DNA of 64,000 nucleotides from Scenedesmus sp. PABB004 (lineage: Eukaryota): contig JABVCE010000014.1 in NCBI GenBank assembly GCA_014905635.1, forward strand, positions 62,001 through 126,000. Reading direction: 5' to 3'. The position numbers and the translations under genes are program-made. Positions 48,446 through 64,000 of this stretch are shown here, piece by piece (the first letter of the stretch is position 1; each line of letters starts with the position of its first letter). The notes below the pieces were generated by a model that was not told the DNA's origin, ran no database searches, and worked only from the letters and a program-made list of their open reading frames with translations.

Positions 48446-48965
48446 TGCCGCAAGCGCCGCCCGTCCACCCGCGGCGCGATCGCCACCCGCACGCTGCGCG
48501 CGTCGCGCAGCATGCGCCGCCGCCGGGCGCTGCCGTACTGCTGGGGGCTGCGCCGCGTCGCGTTCGACGCGGCGCGCTGCTGCGAGCGCGGTGCGGCGTG
48601 CGTGGGCCGCGCGGGCGCCCGCCGGCGCGGCGCGGGCCGCGGTCAGCAGCGGTCAACGCTCGACCGCAGCGCTGCCGCTCGCGCGCCCGAGCCACCCGCG
48701 CGCCTCGCAGCGCACTTGCGCCACCAACGCGCCACCAACGCAACGCAGCGCTGCCCCGGACGACGCCGCCGGGGCCGGGCGCCGCAACCTTGCTGCGCCG
48801 CAACCTCAGCCCCCGCCCCTGCGCCTTCCTTGGGCGCCAGGTGCGCCGGTCCGGCTCCTGCTGCTCTCGGCGCGCCCCCAAAGGCCGCGCCCCGCCCGCC
48901 AGGGCCGCAGTCCAGGCTCCGCGTCCGCCACTCGCTGCTGCCAATCGCTGCCTACGAGCCGCCCC
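48446..48965 (+). repeat. Conserved 5' flank module A, copy 1 (upstream of gene 48990)
   Basis: Aligns by eye to 50629-51145 at high identity. Confidence 0.92.
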
Positions 48966-48989
48966 GAGCCTCCCCCAACCTCCAGCATC

Positions 48990-50397
48990 ATGGCCAATCG
49001 TCGCGCCGTCGCCCTCTCCTGCCTGCTGGCCTGCCTCCTGCTCGGCGCCGCGCGCGCCGACGACCCCAAGCCCCCGCCCGCCACGCGGCAGATTGACCCC
49101 GCCGTCGGCGCCGCCGCCGGCGCGGCGGGCGCGGCCGCGGGCACCGCCGTGGGCGCCCTCACGGGCGGCCTCATCAGCCCCGACGTCGCCGCGAGTGCGC
49201 GCCGCGCGGGCGCGCGCCGCGCTCGGCGCGCCGCGAGGGCCGCCGCCGACCCTGCCAACCCGCCGCCGCCCGCCGCCCTGCAGGCGTCGTGGCAAACAAG
49301 GTCATCGCCGCCGACTCGGCGGCCAAGGCCGCCGCCGACGTGGGCGGCCTCGTGGGCGGGCTCTTTGCGGGCCACGGCGCCAAGCTCGCCGCGCTCACGG
49401 GGTCGCACAAGGCGCTCGGCGCCGCGCTCGTCGAGGTCGTCCGCACGGTGAACTCCCTCAACATCGCCGGCGGCACCGCCGCCGTGGGCGTCGCCGACGC
49501 CGCGCTGACCGGGATCATGTCGCACATCAGGTCCGAGGGGCCGGGGGGCGCGCGCGCGCTGAGCACGCCGCGCGCCGCGCGCCGCGCGCCGCGCACCGCC
49601 GCCGGCTGACCAGCCCCCGCGGCGGCGCGCAGGTCGGAGGCGCTCGCGCTGGGCAACGTCTACGCCCAGCTGCTCGGCGAGTTTGGCCGCGCCGTCGGCG
49701 CGGGCGTGTCGGCGGCCGAGACGCTCGGCGCGGGCGGGCTGCGCTTCCTCAATCCCTTTGCGCTCGGCGTGGACAAGCTGGAGGTGCACCTCAACGCCCT
49801 CATCTCCTTCCTCGAGGTGGGGGGGGGGGGGGGGGGACGAGGCCCGTTCGCTCTCACACTGAGAGAGGGCCGCGCCGCGCCGCGCCGCGCCGCGCGGGAG
49901 GAAGCGAGGGCGGCGCGCCGCCGCCGACCCCGACCCGCCCAACCCCTGCCCATGCGCGCGCCTGCGCGCCCGCCCGCAGGGCGCCGCCGACGCGAGCGTC
50001 TCCAAACCCGGCCGCGCCGCGCACCTCGCGCCGTTCCTGGGTGCGCGCCGCGCGCGCGCCCGCGCGCGCGCGTCCCTGCGCTCGCGCGCGCCGCGGGCTC
50101 CCCTGCCGACCCCCGCGCCCCGCGTCGCCGCCGCGCGCAGGCACGCTCAAGGCGGTGCAGGGCCTGCTGGACGGCCTGCAGGCCACGCTGCTCGGCCCCG
50201 ACGGCGGCCTCCTGACCGCGTTTGACGACGCCATCGGCGCCGCGGCGGGCCTGCTCAACGGCGCCATCGGCGGCGCGGTCGACGCGGTCGCGGGCAAGCC
50301 GGTCGCGTCGGCGCTCGCGGGCCTCGCGTCCACCAGCCACGTCGCGGGCCTCGCGGGGCAGGCGCTGGGGCTCATCAACTCCCTGCTCGCGCCCTGA
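48990..50397 (+). CDS. Secreted Ala/Gly/Leu-rich, probably amphipathic-helical, hypothetical protein; 5 exons
   Basis: Signal peptide MANRRAVALSCLLACLLLGAARA-DD; ends GLINSLLAP*. Confidence 0.8.
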
Positions 50398-50429
50398 GCC
50401 CCGCGCGCGCGCTCTGTGTGCTGCTAGCT

Positions 50430-50620
50430 CGTGATGCGTGTTGCTGGCCCCCTGTGAACCCGCCGCCACTTGCGCGCGCCGACTGTGAACCTCAGAGAGT
50501 GCGGGTAACCGAGGCCGTGCACGGACGCGCGCGCGTGAGCGGAGGGACCCGCGCGCCCACACAGCTCAGTGCTTTCGCCGCCAGTCGCAGTCGCGCCGGC
50601 AGCGCCAAAGGAGTGCGCGC
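50430..50620 (+). repeat. Conserved 3' flank module B, copy 1
   Basis: GCGCGCGCCGACTGTGAACCTCAGAGAGTG..GGGTAACCGAGGCCG..CAGCGCCAAAGGA is shared with 53525-53758. Confidence 0.88.
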
Positions 50621-50628
50621 ACTGCCGG

Positions 50629-51145
50629 TGCCGCGAGCGCCGCCCGTCCGCCCGCGGGCGGCCGCGGCACGATCGCCACCCGCACACCGCGCGCGCCGCG
50701 CAGCATGCGCCGCCGCCGCGCGCTGACGTACTGCTGGGGCTGCGCCGCGGCGCGTTCGGCGCGGCGCGCTGCTGCGAGCGCGGTGCGGCGTGCGTGGGCC
50801 GCGCGGGCGCCCCGCCGGCGCGGCGCGGGCCGCGGTCAGCGGCGGTCAACGCTCGCCCGCAGCGCTGCCGCTCGCGCGCCCGAGCCACCCACGCGCCTCG
50901 CAGCGCACTCACGCCACCAACGCGCCACCAACACACCGCAGCGCTGCCCCGGACGACGCCGCCGGGGCCGGGCGCCGCAACCTTGCTGCGCCGCCGCAAC
51001 CTCAGCCCCCGCCCCTGCGCCCTCCTTGGGCGCCAGGTGCGCCGATCCGGCTCCTGCTGCTCTCGGCGCGCCCCCAAAGGCCGCGCCCCGCCCGCCAGGC
51101 CCGCAGTCAAGGCTGCAGCCCGCCTGCTGCCGACGAGCCGCCCCC
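50629..51145 (+). repeat. Conserved 5' flank module A, copy 2 (upstream of gene 51211)
   Basis: Aligns to 48446-48965. Confidence 0.92.
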
Positions 51146-51210
51146 ACGCCGTGCCGCGCGTCGCGCGCCCCCTGCCCTCCTCGCTCCCGCCCCCTCCCCG
51201 CACCAGCACG

Positions 51211-53458
51211 ATGCCGCCGCCCCGGCGCGCCGCCGCGGCCCTGCTCCTGCTGCTCTGCGCCGCCGCGGCGCAGGCGCAGCCGGTGCGCGCCCGCCGCCGC
51301 GCGCCGCGCCCCGCACCGCTGCGCACCGCCGCCGCGCGCCCGTCCACACTCTCGCCGACCGCCGCGCGCGCAGGCGTGCCGCGCGTACAAGCGCCTGTTC
51401 ACCTCCAGCGACCCCCGCCTGGTCATGGACCCGCTGGTCGTGCCCGAGTCGTTCGCCGTCGCCTCCGCGGCGGTCGCCGACGTGAGCGTCGCGCACGGCG
51501 CCGTCGGCGCGCTGCAGGTCACCCTGCTTCACCAGGCCCCCGGCGCGGAGCGCCCGACCGCGGTCGTGCTCAAGCGCAGCGCGGTCGGCGGCGCGGCCGC
51601 CAACCTCGCGGCCACGGGCTGGGACGACGCCGCGGCGTCCGAGTTCCCCGCCACCCCCGACGCCGCGCCCTTCACCGGCAACTTCCGGCCCGCGTCGCCG
51701 CTGTCCGGCTTCAACGGCCAGGACGCCGCGGGTGCGCGCCGCGCGCGGCGCGCGCGCGCGCGCCAGCCGCGCTGCGCCCGCCGCGCCGGCCCCACACGCG
51801 GCCGCCGCCTGCCGCCGCAGGCTCGTGGGTGCTGCGCATCGCCGACGTCAGCCTCGGCGGCGAGCCGGCCGGCCCGATCACCCTCACCGGCTGGAGCCTG
51901 ATCCTCTGCCCCGGCTCGACGCCCGTGCCCGTGGCCGACGTCGCCGCGGCCGCCGGCCCCGACGACGCCCCCGCTGCCCCCGCCGACCCCGCCGCGCCCG
52001 GCGAGGCCTGGCAGGCGCCGCCGGCGCTGCCCAACGGCACCATGCCGTCAGTCAACGTGAGCCTCAACGCGAGCGGCCTCAACGTCTCCATTGGCAACGG
52101 CACCACGCTGCGCCTGGGCCTCGGCGCCAACGTGTCCTCCTTCTCGGGGGTGCGCCGCGCGGGGCGCGCGCCGCCGCCGCGCCGGGGGCGCGCCGCGCGC
52201 ACGCGCCCGCGCCCGCGCCCACGCGCGCGCCCGCGCGCCCGCCGCGCCGCAGCCCGGCGAGGGCGGCAAGCTCGGCAACGCGCTGCTCGCGCTGCTCTTC
52301 CCCTTCAAGCCCCAGTGGGCGCCCGACGGTGCGCTCGCCGCGCCCGCGCACACGCCGCGCCGCGCCGCCGCGCCTACGCACATGCCGCCGCCCGCGCCCG
52401 CCGCGCGCCTCGCCCACCCGCCGCGCCGCCGCCCGCCGCCCGCCGCGCCGCGCAGCGTCGTCGTACAAGGCTGGGCCGGTGGTGTCGGCCGCGGGCGCGG
52501 CGCGCGACGCGGCGGAGGGGCACCTCGCCGACGCGCTCGACTTTGCGACCAAGGCCTCGGCGCTGGTGCGGGACGCGGTCAACAAGAAGATCAGCGACTA
52601 TACCAACACGGTCAACGCCGCGTCGGGGGCCACGCAGCGCCTGCTCACCAGCGGCGGCGCCGACCTGGGCAAGCACGCGGCGTCGCTGTTCGCGCACGCG
52701 GGCAGCCTGCGCGGCGCGCTCGCGGGCCTGCCCGCCGCCGCCGCGGGCGCCGCGCGGGCCGACCTGCAGGACAAGGCCTCCCACCTGCAGTCGGTCAGCT
52801 CCCTCCTCACCGGCTTTGCCTCGTCGCTCGTCGGCGACCTGGGCAGCTCCCTGGGCCTCGTCGGCAGCGCCGTGGCCGCCAAGGCGCGGCGCGGGGCGCG
52901 CGGGGGCGCGGGGGCGCGGCGCGGCGCGGCGCCGGCCGGCGCTGGCCTGGCCGGGCGCGCGCCGCGCGCCGCACGCCCCGAGCCGCGCCGCGCCGCCCGA
53001 CCCCTCTCTGCCCCCCCCCCCTTGTGCGCCCCGCATGGACACCGCCAGGCCAAGGCCCTGACCGGCGCGTACACAACGACCGAGGGCCTGGTCAAGGCGC
53101 ACGTCGACGAGGCGCGCGCGCGCGTCGCGTCGCCGCGCTCGACGCGCTGCTCGGCGCCATCATCGCCAAGGCCGACGCCGTCGCGGCCGCGCCCGGCACG
53201 GGGCCGGCGATCGACTTCACCGCCGCCGCGACCAAGGCCAAGCTCCAGGCGCTCACCGCCGCGCTGGGCAAGATCTCCGCCGCGCTGTCCGCGCTGCCGA
53301 CGCCGAGCGAGGCGATCGGCGCCAAGGCCAGCGCCGTGGGCGCGCTGCTCGGCGCGACGCACGTCGGCCAGGCGGTCGCCGACCCCCAGGGCGCGCTGAC
53401 CTCCCTCGTGGGCAAGTTCTCCCAGCTCAAGGGCCTCGCCGCCAACCTCCTGGGCTGA
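51211..53458 (+). CDS. Secreted protein: proprotein-convertase P-domain plus an Ala/Gly/Leu-rich helical region
   Basis: Signal peptide; VSVAHGAVGALQVTL, FTGNFRPASPLSGFNGQDAAGSWVLRIAD..LTGWSL (P-domain pattern); several N-x-S/T sequons; apparent frameshift near 53125-53130. Confidence 0.8.
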
Positions 53459-53524
53459 GCCTGAGCCGGCGCGCAGGCTCGGCGTCCCCGCGACCCCAAC
53501 CCGCGTGTGCGCGCGCGCGCCGCC

Positions 53525-53758
53525 CGTGACGCGCGAGCTGGCCCCCCTGTTGAGTGCTGTGACCCCGCCGCCGCCGCGCGCGCGCCGACTGTGAACCTCA
53601 GAGAGTGTGTGCGGGGTAACCGAGGCCGGCCACGGCGACGCGCGCGCGTGAGCAGACAAACGACCGTTACGCAGTTCAGTGCTCTCACCGCCAGAGCCGC
53701 AGTCGCGGCGTGACCGACGCAGCGCTGCGTGCCTCAGCAGCGCCAAAGGAATGCGCGC
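53525..53758 (+). repeat. Conserved 3' flank module B, copy 2
   Basis: Aligns to 50430-50620, with indels. Confidence 0.88.
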
Positions 53759-53785
53759 CCTCAAAACCGGCCCGCCGCGGCGCCG

Positions 53786-55421
53786 TCAGGGCAGGCAGTC
53801 GTCCCAGAGCTTTGAGAGCGGGAACTGGGGGTTGAAGCCGCCCCACGCGTTGGGACACGTGTCGCTGCACGCGGCCCCGTCCTCGCACGTGTACGACGCG
53901 GTGCCGATGCAGCACCCGGTGCCGGTGTGCACGAGGCAGCCGCCCGACTCGCCGCCGATCATCGACCCGGTCGCCCAGATGGAGTACTTGTCGGCGCCGC
54001 AGCGCCCCAGCGCAAAGCCCTTGCGGTAGTTCAGGTTGCTGCTCATGCCGCGGCTCTCCACCATGCCCAGGTACGGCTGCTTGCCCTCGAAGCACCGCAG
54101 CTCGCTCCTGTCGGCCGGGAAGGCGAGCATCGCCGTCTCCGTGTGCAGCCGCTGCTCGGCCGGCAGGTTCTTCACATACTCCACGCCCCTGCGGCGGAGA
54201 GAGGCACGCGGTCGGCGCGGCCCGGCGCCGCGCCGCGCCGGCGCAGCAGCGCGCCGGGGCCGCCGACGCGGCCGCGCGGCCCCGCAGCGGAGGAGCCCCC
54301 CGGCCCTCCCACGACGCCGCTCACATGTAGCGCGGCAGGTTCAGCGGCTGCTTGAGCACGATGATCGCGTTGTCAGCCTGGGGCCGCGGCGCGGCCGGCA
54401 GGCCGCGGCGGCGGGCGGCGGCTCAACGGCGGGGCGCGGCAGCGGCGCCGCACGCCCCGCGGCTTGCGCACGAGGGCCCCGCGCGCGCAAGCCGTTCGGC
54501 CCGCGCCGCCGCTTGCGCCGCGCCGCGCCGCGCCGCGCCGCGCCGCGCATGGCGCTGCTCGCTGCGCGGGCCCACCTGGCGGTCGTCGTTGAAGAAGGCC
54601 ACGCAGCGGCTCACGCCGCGGCCCGCCGTTGCGTGCGCGCCGTCGTAGCCGTAAAGGGCGTCCACGACGACGCGCGGCCAGAGCGCCGGGTTGTCGGGCA
54701 TCACGCAGTGCGCGCTCGTCACCAGCACGATGTCGCTGCGGGACGGCGACGCGCGGCGTCGGGCCCGCGCAGCCCGCCGCGCGGCGAGCCGCGGCTGTGG
54801 CGGCCCGGCGGGTGCGACGGGCGCGGCGCGGCGGGCGCGGCCGCACCTGATGGCCGTCGCCGTGCACTCATACGTGTCGCGCGCGAGCGTGCCGTCGTTG
54901 CGCACCGCGGTGATGCGGATCTTGACGACAGCGTTGTACGGGTATTCGGCGAGGTAGGCGGTGTTGCCGCGCTCGAGGCTGAGCTGGTTGTACAGAGGCT
55001 TGCCGCCCTGCCAGCACACGTTGGCCGGGTTGCGCGGCGCCGCGGTCGCGTTGCCCGCAAACCCGACGGCGCGGCGGCGCGTGATTGGCCCTGAAGGCGG
55101 CGTGGCGCCGTCCGGGGCCGCCGCCGCCGCCGCGCGCCGCGCCGCGCGCAGGGCCGCCACGTCGGCGTCGTCGGTGAGCAGCCGCTTCGCCGAGCCGCGC
55201 AGGCGGCTCGCGCGCGTGATGGGCGGCAGGATCGGCGCGTCGGCGTCGGGCGAGCCCGCCTGGCGCAGCCGCGCCTGCACCTCCGCCCACATCGGCGCCT
55301 GCGGCGCCTTGCAGCCGCTGGGCGCCGCCGCGGCCGCCGGTGCCGCCGGAGCTGCGAGCGCCAGCGCCAGCAGCAGCAGCGCCGCCGTGCCCGCCGGTGC
55401 CGCCGGCCGCCGCCGCCGCAT
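53786..55421 (-). CDS. Secreted trypsin-fold serine protease (V8/glutamyl-endopeptidase-like), 4 exons
   Basis: Signal peptide and propeptide; YPYNAVVKI, CTATAI..VLVTSAHCV (His), DNAIIVL (Asp), GGESGG (Ser); Cys-rich C-terminus. Confidence 0.85.
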
Positions 55422-55856
55422 CCCGGCCTGCGGTGCGGGCGACGAGGGAGTGCGCTGCTCAGGGCGACCGTCGGTGACCGAGCGGGTCGTGCCGGCCGGG
55501 CAGGCTGCCCCTGCACCATCACCGCGCTGCCGTCGCGCGAAATGAGGCCGCGCCGCGCCCCCCCCGCCAGGCCAGGAGACCGCCCTCGGGCCTGACCGCA
55601 CCTGCTGCGCGCGACTGCGTGTGCTGCTCGCGGCGCTCGGCCGGCCTTCTTCGCCGCCCCCCGCTCGGGTGCGCTGCGCTGGCTGGCCGGCCGCACTGGT
55701 CGGGCTGCTGCTTGCGTGCTGGACGCTCGCCGGTCTCGAGCAACGCGGCGGTTGCCGCTGAGCCCCGGCGCCGGCGGCGCGTCGAGTGACGTTGGTCCAC
55801 CGCTGAAGCTCAGCGTTGAGCACGCCCGGGCCCCGCGCCGGTCACCGCCGCCGCGC

Positions 55857-61186
<5,330 letters not shown>

Positions 61187-61424
61187 CTATCGAGTGCGGC
61201 GCTTGAAGCGTCGAGCGTGCGCCCAGGGCACAAGCGGCGGTTGGCTGCTCGTCGTGGCGCGTCTCCTGATCGCCGAAGCCACTCTCCGCGACGACGCCGC
61301 TCAGCCCCTCGGCAGCAGCCGATCACACGCCCGCGCCGCGATTCGGCAGCGGCGCAGCAGCGCCGGCGGCGATCGGGCCGCCGCGGTCGCCCGCATGCCC
61401 GCCTGAGGCCGCTGACACGCCGGC

Positions 61425-64000
61425 ATGGACCTGCTGGACGACTTCAACAGCGTGCGGCAGACGTTTGCGGAGCTCGGCGAGCTCGGCGGCGCGGCGCTCG
61501 GCGACGACAGCCCCGAGCTCGCGCCGCCGCCGGCCGCGTGCGACCTGCCCTCGCTCAGCATCGAGGCCAGCGTCCGGCAGGCCGCGCGGTGCGCGGGCCT
61601 CATGAGACGGCGCGGGCCGGCGGGCGGGAGCGGGGGTGCGCGCGAGAGCAGCGGTCGCCGCTGCTGACGCTCGCGCCGCCGCGGCCGCCGCGCTGCCGCA
61701 GGGGGCGCGGGCAGGTCGTCGCGGCGGCGGCGGCGGCAGACACCGTGCTGCTGGCCACGAGCCGAGGCTTCCTGCTGCGCTACCAGTGGGACGAGACCGG
61801 CAGCGAGCGGGGTGCGGCGCCCCGCCAGAGCGCGCGCCATCACGGCATCAGCCGCTGCTGCGGGGCCTGCCTGCTGCAGCGGGGGCCGCAGCAGCGGCTG
61901 TCGCGGCGGCAGCCTCGCCTGGCCCCGCAGCGCGCGGCAACGCCGCCGCGCCGCTCCCCGCCGCGCCGCGCAGTCACGGAGGTCGAGGCCGTGCGTGGCG
62001 CCGACGCGCGCGTGCGCTCACTCTGGGTCGACCCGCGCGGCCGCCACGTGCTGCTGGGCGTGAAGACGAGCAGCCATGTGGAGCTGCTGTACTGGCACAG
62101 CAGCTGGACCAAGCCGCGCCCCCTGGGCAAGCTCAAGGGCCTCGCTGTGAGCGCCGTGGGCTGGCAGAAGCAGCCCGCGGGCGGCGGCGGCGGGCAGGAG
62201 CCAGAGGCGGAGGACGAGCTCGCTCTGGCCACCGGGTGAGCCTTAGGGGGGCGGGCGGCTGCATCGCGCGCGCCGGCAGCAGCGCCGCCGGCGCCGGCAG
62301 CGCCCCCTCGCGCCGCCGCCTCACCCCCGCGCCGCGCAGGGACGTGCTGCTCGGCAGCGAGAGCGGGTCGCTGCACGTGACGGCGCAGGACGCGCGCGTC
62401 AAAAAGGAGGGCGCGAGCACGCTGCTGCTGGACTTTAAGGACAAGCGCAAGTGCGTGCCACGCCGCGCGCGCTCAGGCGGGGCGGGGCGGCAGCGGCGGC
62501 GCGACAGGCGGCGGCGGGGCAGGTGCGCGGCGCGAGCCGCCCGCGGCGCCTCCGCTCGCAGGGCCATCACGGCTGTGGAGCAGGAGGTGCTGCCGGGCGG
62601 GCGGCGCCTGGTGCTGCTGGCCACGCCGTCGGCGCTGTTTGTCGCAGTCGGCGGCCCGGGGCTGCAGGGCGCGCTGGCACGGTGCGCTGCGCGGCGTGCG
62701 CGGGGCTGCGCCGCCGCCGCAGGCGCAGGCGCAGGCGCTGGCTGCGGCCGCTAAAAGACCCCCCCCCCCCCCCCGCGCGCGTGCGCGCAGGTTTGCGCCA
62801 GGCGGCGCGTCGTGGGAGCCGCTGCTGGAGGTGGTCTCGCCGTCCATGCACAGCACGCTGCGCCTGCTGCGGTGAGGCGGGGGGGGGGGGGGGGGCAGCG
62901 GGCTCTGCGGCGCGCGGCGCCGTGGGCGTCCACGCCCGGCCCGGCCCGCCGCCGACGCCGGCTCCGCCGCCCGCGCCGCGCCGCCGCGCCCCCTGCAGCG
63001 GCGCGGGCGACGTGGGCGCGCTGCCGGGGCGCTTTGCGTGGCTCGTGGGCGGCATGCTGCTGCACGGCCACCTGCTGCTGGACGAGCTCGCCGGCGACGC
63101 GAGCGTGGATGACGGCGGCGAGCTGGTCGGCGACATGCGCCAGCTCGCGCTCGCCGGCGCGGGCGGCAGCCCCGAGGACGAGCCGCACGACCTGGTGCGC
63201 CGCGGCGGCGACGGCGCTCGCCCGCCCAGCTCGCAGCACGCGCGACGGGCTCGCGGCCAGCTCTCCCTCTCGGGGGCGCCGCGCCCTGCCGCTGAGCCCT
63301 GCCCTGCGCTCGACTGGCACTGCTCGTCTCTCCCCGCCCCGCCCGCAGGCGGTGAGCGAGCATCACTACCTGGTGCTGTATGCCGACCGCCTGGCGGCGG
63401 TCAACCAGGTCAGCGGGCGCGTCGCCGCCGAGGTGGCCTGGGGCCCGGGCAGCCACGTCGCGGGGCTCATCGGTGAGCGCGCGCACCGCAGCCCCGGCCT
63501 GCACGCCCGCGGAGGCGGCGCCGGGGGCCGGGGCGGCGCCGCCCTGCGCACGGCCGCGTCCGCCGACCGGCGCACGTCGAGTCACGTCGCATCGCCGTGG
63601 CGCAGGCACGCCGCTGGGGCTGCTGCAGGACCCCGCCGGCGGCGGCGTGAGCCTGTGGAGCGGTGAGGCGCTGCACGACGTCGCGCTGGCCAACGAGGGC
63701 CGCGACATGTGGCGCATCTATCTGGCGCACCAGGTGATCACTGTGACGCCACGCGCCCCAGGCCGCGGGCCGCGGGCCGCAGGTCACGGGCCAGGCCGCG
63801 CCCGGCGGTGCGCCGCCCCCGGCGGCCGCGCGCCGCGTCGCCCCCAGCGGCAGACAGCCCACGCGCGCCGCCCGCGCCCGCCTCCGCCGGCCGCCCGCGC
63901 GCGCGCGCGCGCTCAGGACTATGCCAACGCGCTGAAGCTCGCCGCGGGGGCGGCGCAGCGCGACGCCGTGTATCGCGCGATGGGCGACGCCGCGGCGGCG
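61425..64000 (+). CDS. VPS18: Vacuolar protein sorting 18 (VPS18/PEP3); 3' part lies outside the window
   Basis: LLATSRG, LWVDPRGRH, YWHSSWTKPRPLGKLKGLAVSAVGW, VLLGSESG, SEHHYLVLYADRLAAVNQVSG and NEGRDMWRIYL. Confidence 0.92.

Overview
This window is not prokaryotic. It is a very GC-rich (roughly 80% by eye), intron-dense nuclear genome segment of a chlorophyte green alga, probably Sphaeropleales. The evidence is a GTGCG/GCGCG...CAG splice grammar, TGTAA poly(A) signals and plant/algal-type proteins. Most long ORFs in the supplied track are GC-shadow artefacts, so I rebuilt the real genes exon by exon by hand. About 24 genes, in order: M1 aminopeptidase N (5'-partial), split FKBP-like protein, DHHC palmitoyltransferase, PRP17, NIMA kinase with a C-terminal CAP-Gly domain, a hypothetical, DUF924, a SAM methyltransferase, a second hypothetical, a VAMP72-type SNARE, an intronless F-box/ankyrin gene with a divergent orphan ORF, a wax-synthase MBOAT, BUB3, a cation/Ca exchanger, TFB5 (REX1-S) with REX1-B, a 4-TM protein, an alpha/beta hydrolase, two secreted Ala/Gly-rich proteins, a V8-like protease, organellar GyrA and VPS18 (3'-partial). 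Highlights: (1) two abutting cassettes with conserved non-coding 5' and 3' flanks around secreted-protein genes that do not align to each other; (2) at least 17 GC-AG introns, all with the donor AG|GCGCG; (3) a REX1-S/REX1-B bicistron-like locus; (4) a NEK-CAP-Gly fusion; (5) an intronic tandem array of 170-bp fold-back elements. All assignments come from motif recognition, with no database searches, and exon boundaries are manual.
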